Positions 35,845-36,018 of a stretch of 36,018 bases of DNA are shown here, in pieces (position 1 is the first letter of the stretch; every line of letters begins with the position of its first letter). The position numbers were made by a program, and so were the translations under genes. Source of the DNA: Hyphochytrium catenoides (taxonomy: Eukaryota; Protista; Hyphochytriomycota); the NCBI GenBank assembly GCA_900088475.1, contig FLMG01004710.1, positions 1 to 36,018 of the forward strand, in the 5' to 3' direction. The notes beneath the pieces are model-generated. The model had not been told where the DNA came from and made no database searches. It saw only the letters and a list, made by a program, of their open reading frames with translations.

Positions 35845-36018
35845 CTGGACGAGGAGAGAGAGAGGAGAGACAAGAAGAGAAAGAAAAAGGTAAAGAGAGA
35901 GACAAAAGGTGTGAGTGGTTTAGCCACGTTGGAGCCAATGGAAGGGGGAGGAGAGAGAGGAAGAGGCGGTTAGAGAGAAGAGAGAGACTAAGCGCTCAAT
36001 TCTGGCGGCGAGACAGGG

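Noticed and set aside
1-36018. Transposase/RT/integrase, tRNA or rRNA genes, prokaryotic operon
   Set aside because: No recognisable motifs, terminal repeats or cloverleaf structures seen by eye; small ncRNAs cannot be excluded without an Infernal/tRNAscan search.

Overview
Gene-dense, intron-rich eukaryotic (probably protist) DNA with GT-AG introns, standard genetic code, abundant (CT)n/(GA)n microsatellites and four assembly gaps. Most ORFs in the supplied track are exon fragments or microsatellite artefacts. By hand-splicing exons and checking phases I built: (1) a tentative minus-strand gene fragment at 176-814; (2) a 21-exon, ~975-aa protein kinase with the unusual architecture PH - SYLF(Ysc84/SH3YL1) - FN3 - FN3 - TKL-like kinase (2493-9965, +); (3) a mitochondrial BolA3-type protein (10287-11287, -); (4) a 24-exon, ~1215-aa YTHDC2-family DEAH helicase with an R3H domain, a CCHC UBZ-like zinc finger where YTHDC2 has ankyrin repeats, and an RGG tail instead of a YTH domain (12189-22477, +); (5) a small protein with a PP1-docking RVxF-type motif and a WW domain (22815-23516, -); (6) eIF2B alpha (26517-29046, +); (7) a TrmH/SpoU RNA 2'-O-methyltransferase (29692-32508, +); (8) the 3' part of an unknown, probably membrane-anchored protein (32724 to >35844, -). 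The best candidates for novelty are the PH-SYLF-FN3-kinase fusion, the zinc-finger-bearing YTHDC2-like helicase, the RVxF+WW protein, and introns bracketed by complementary (GA)n...(CT)n tracts. All family calls come from remembered motifs; no database searches were run.
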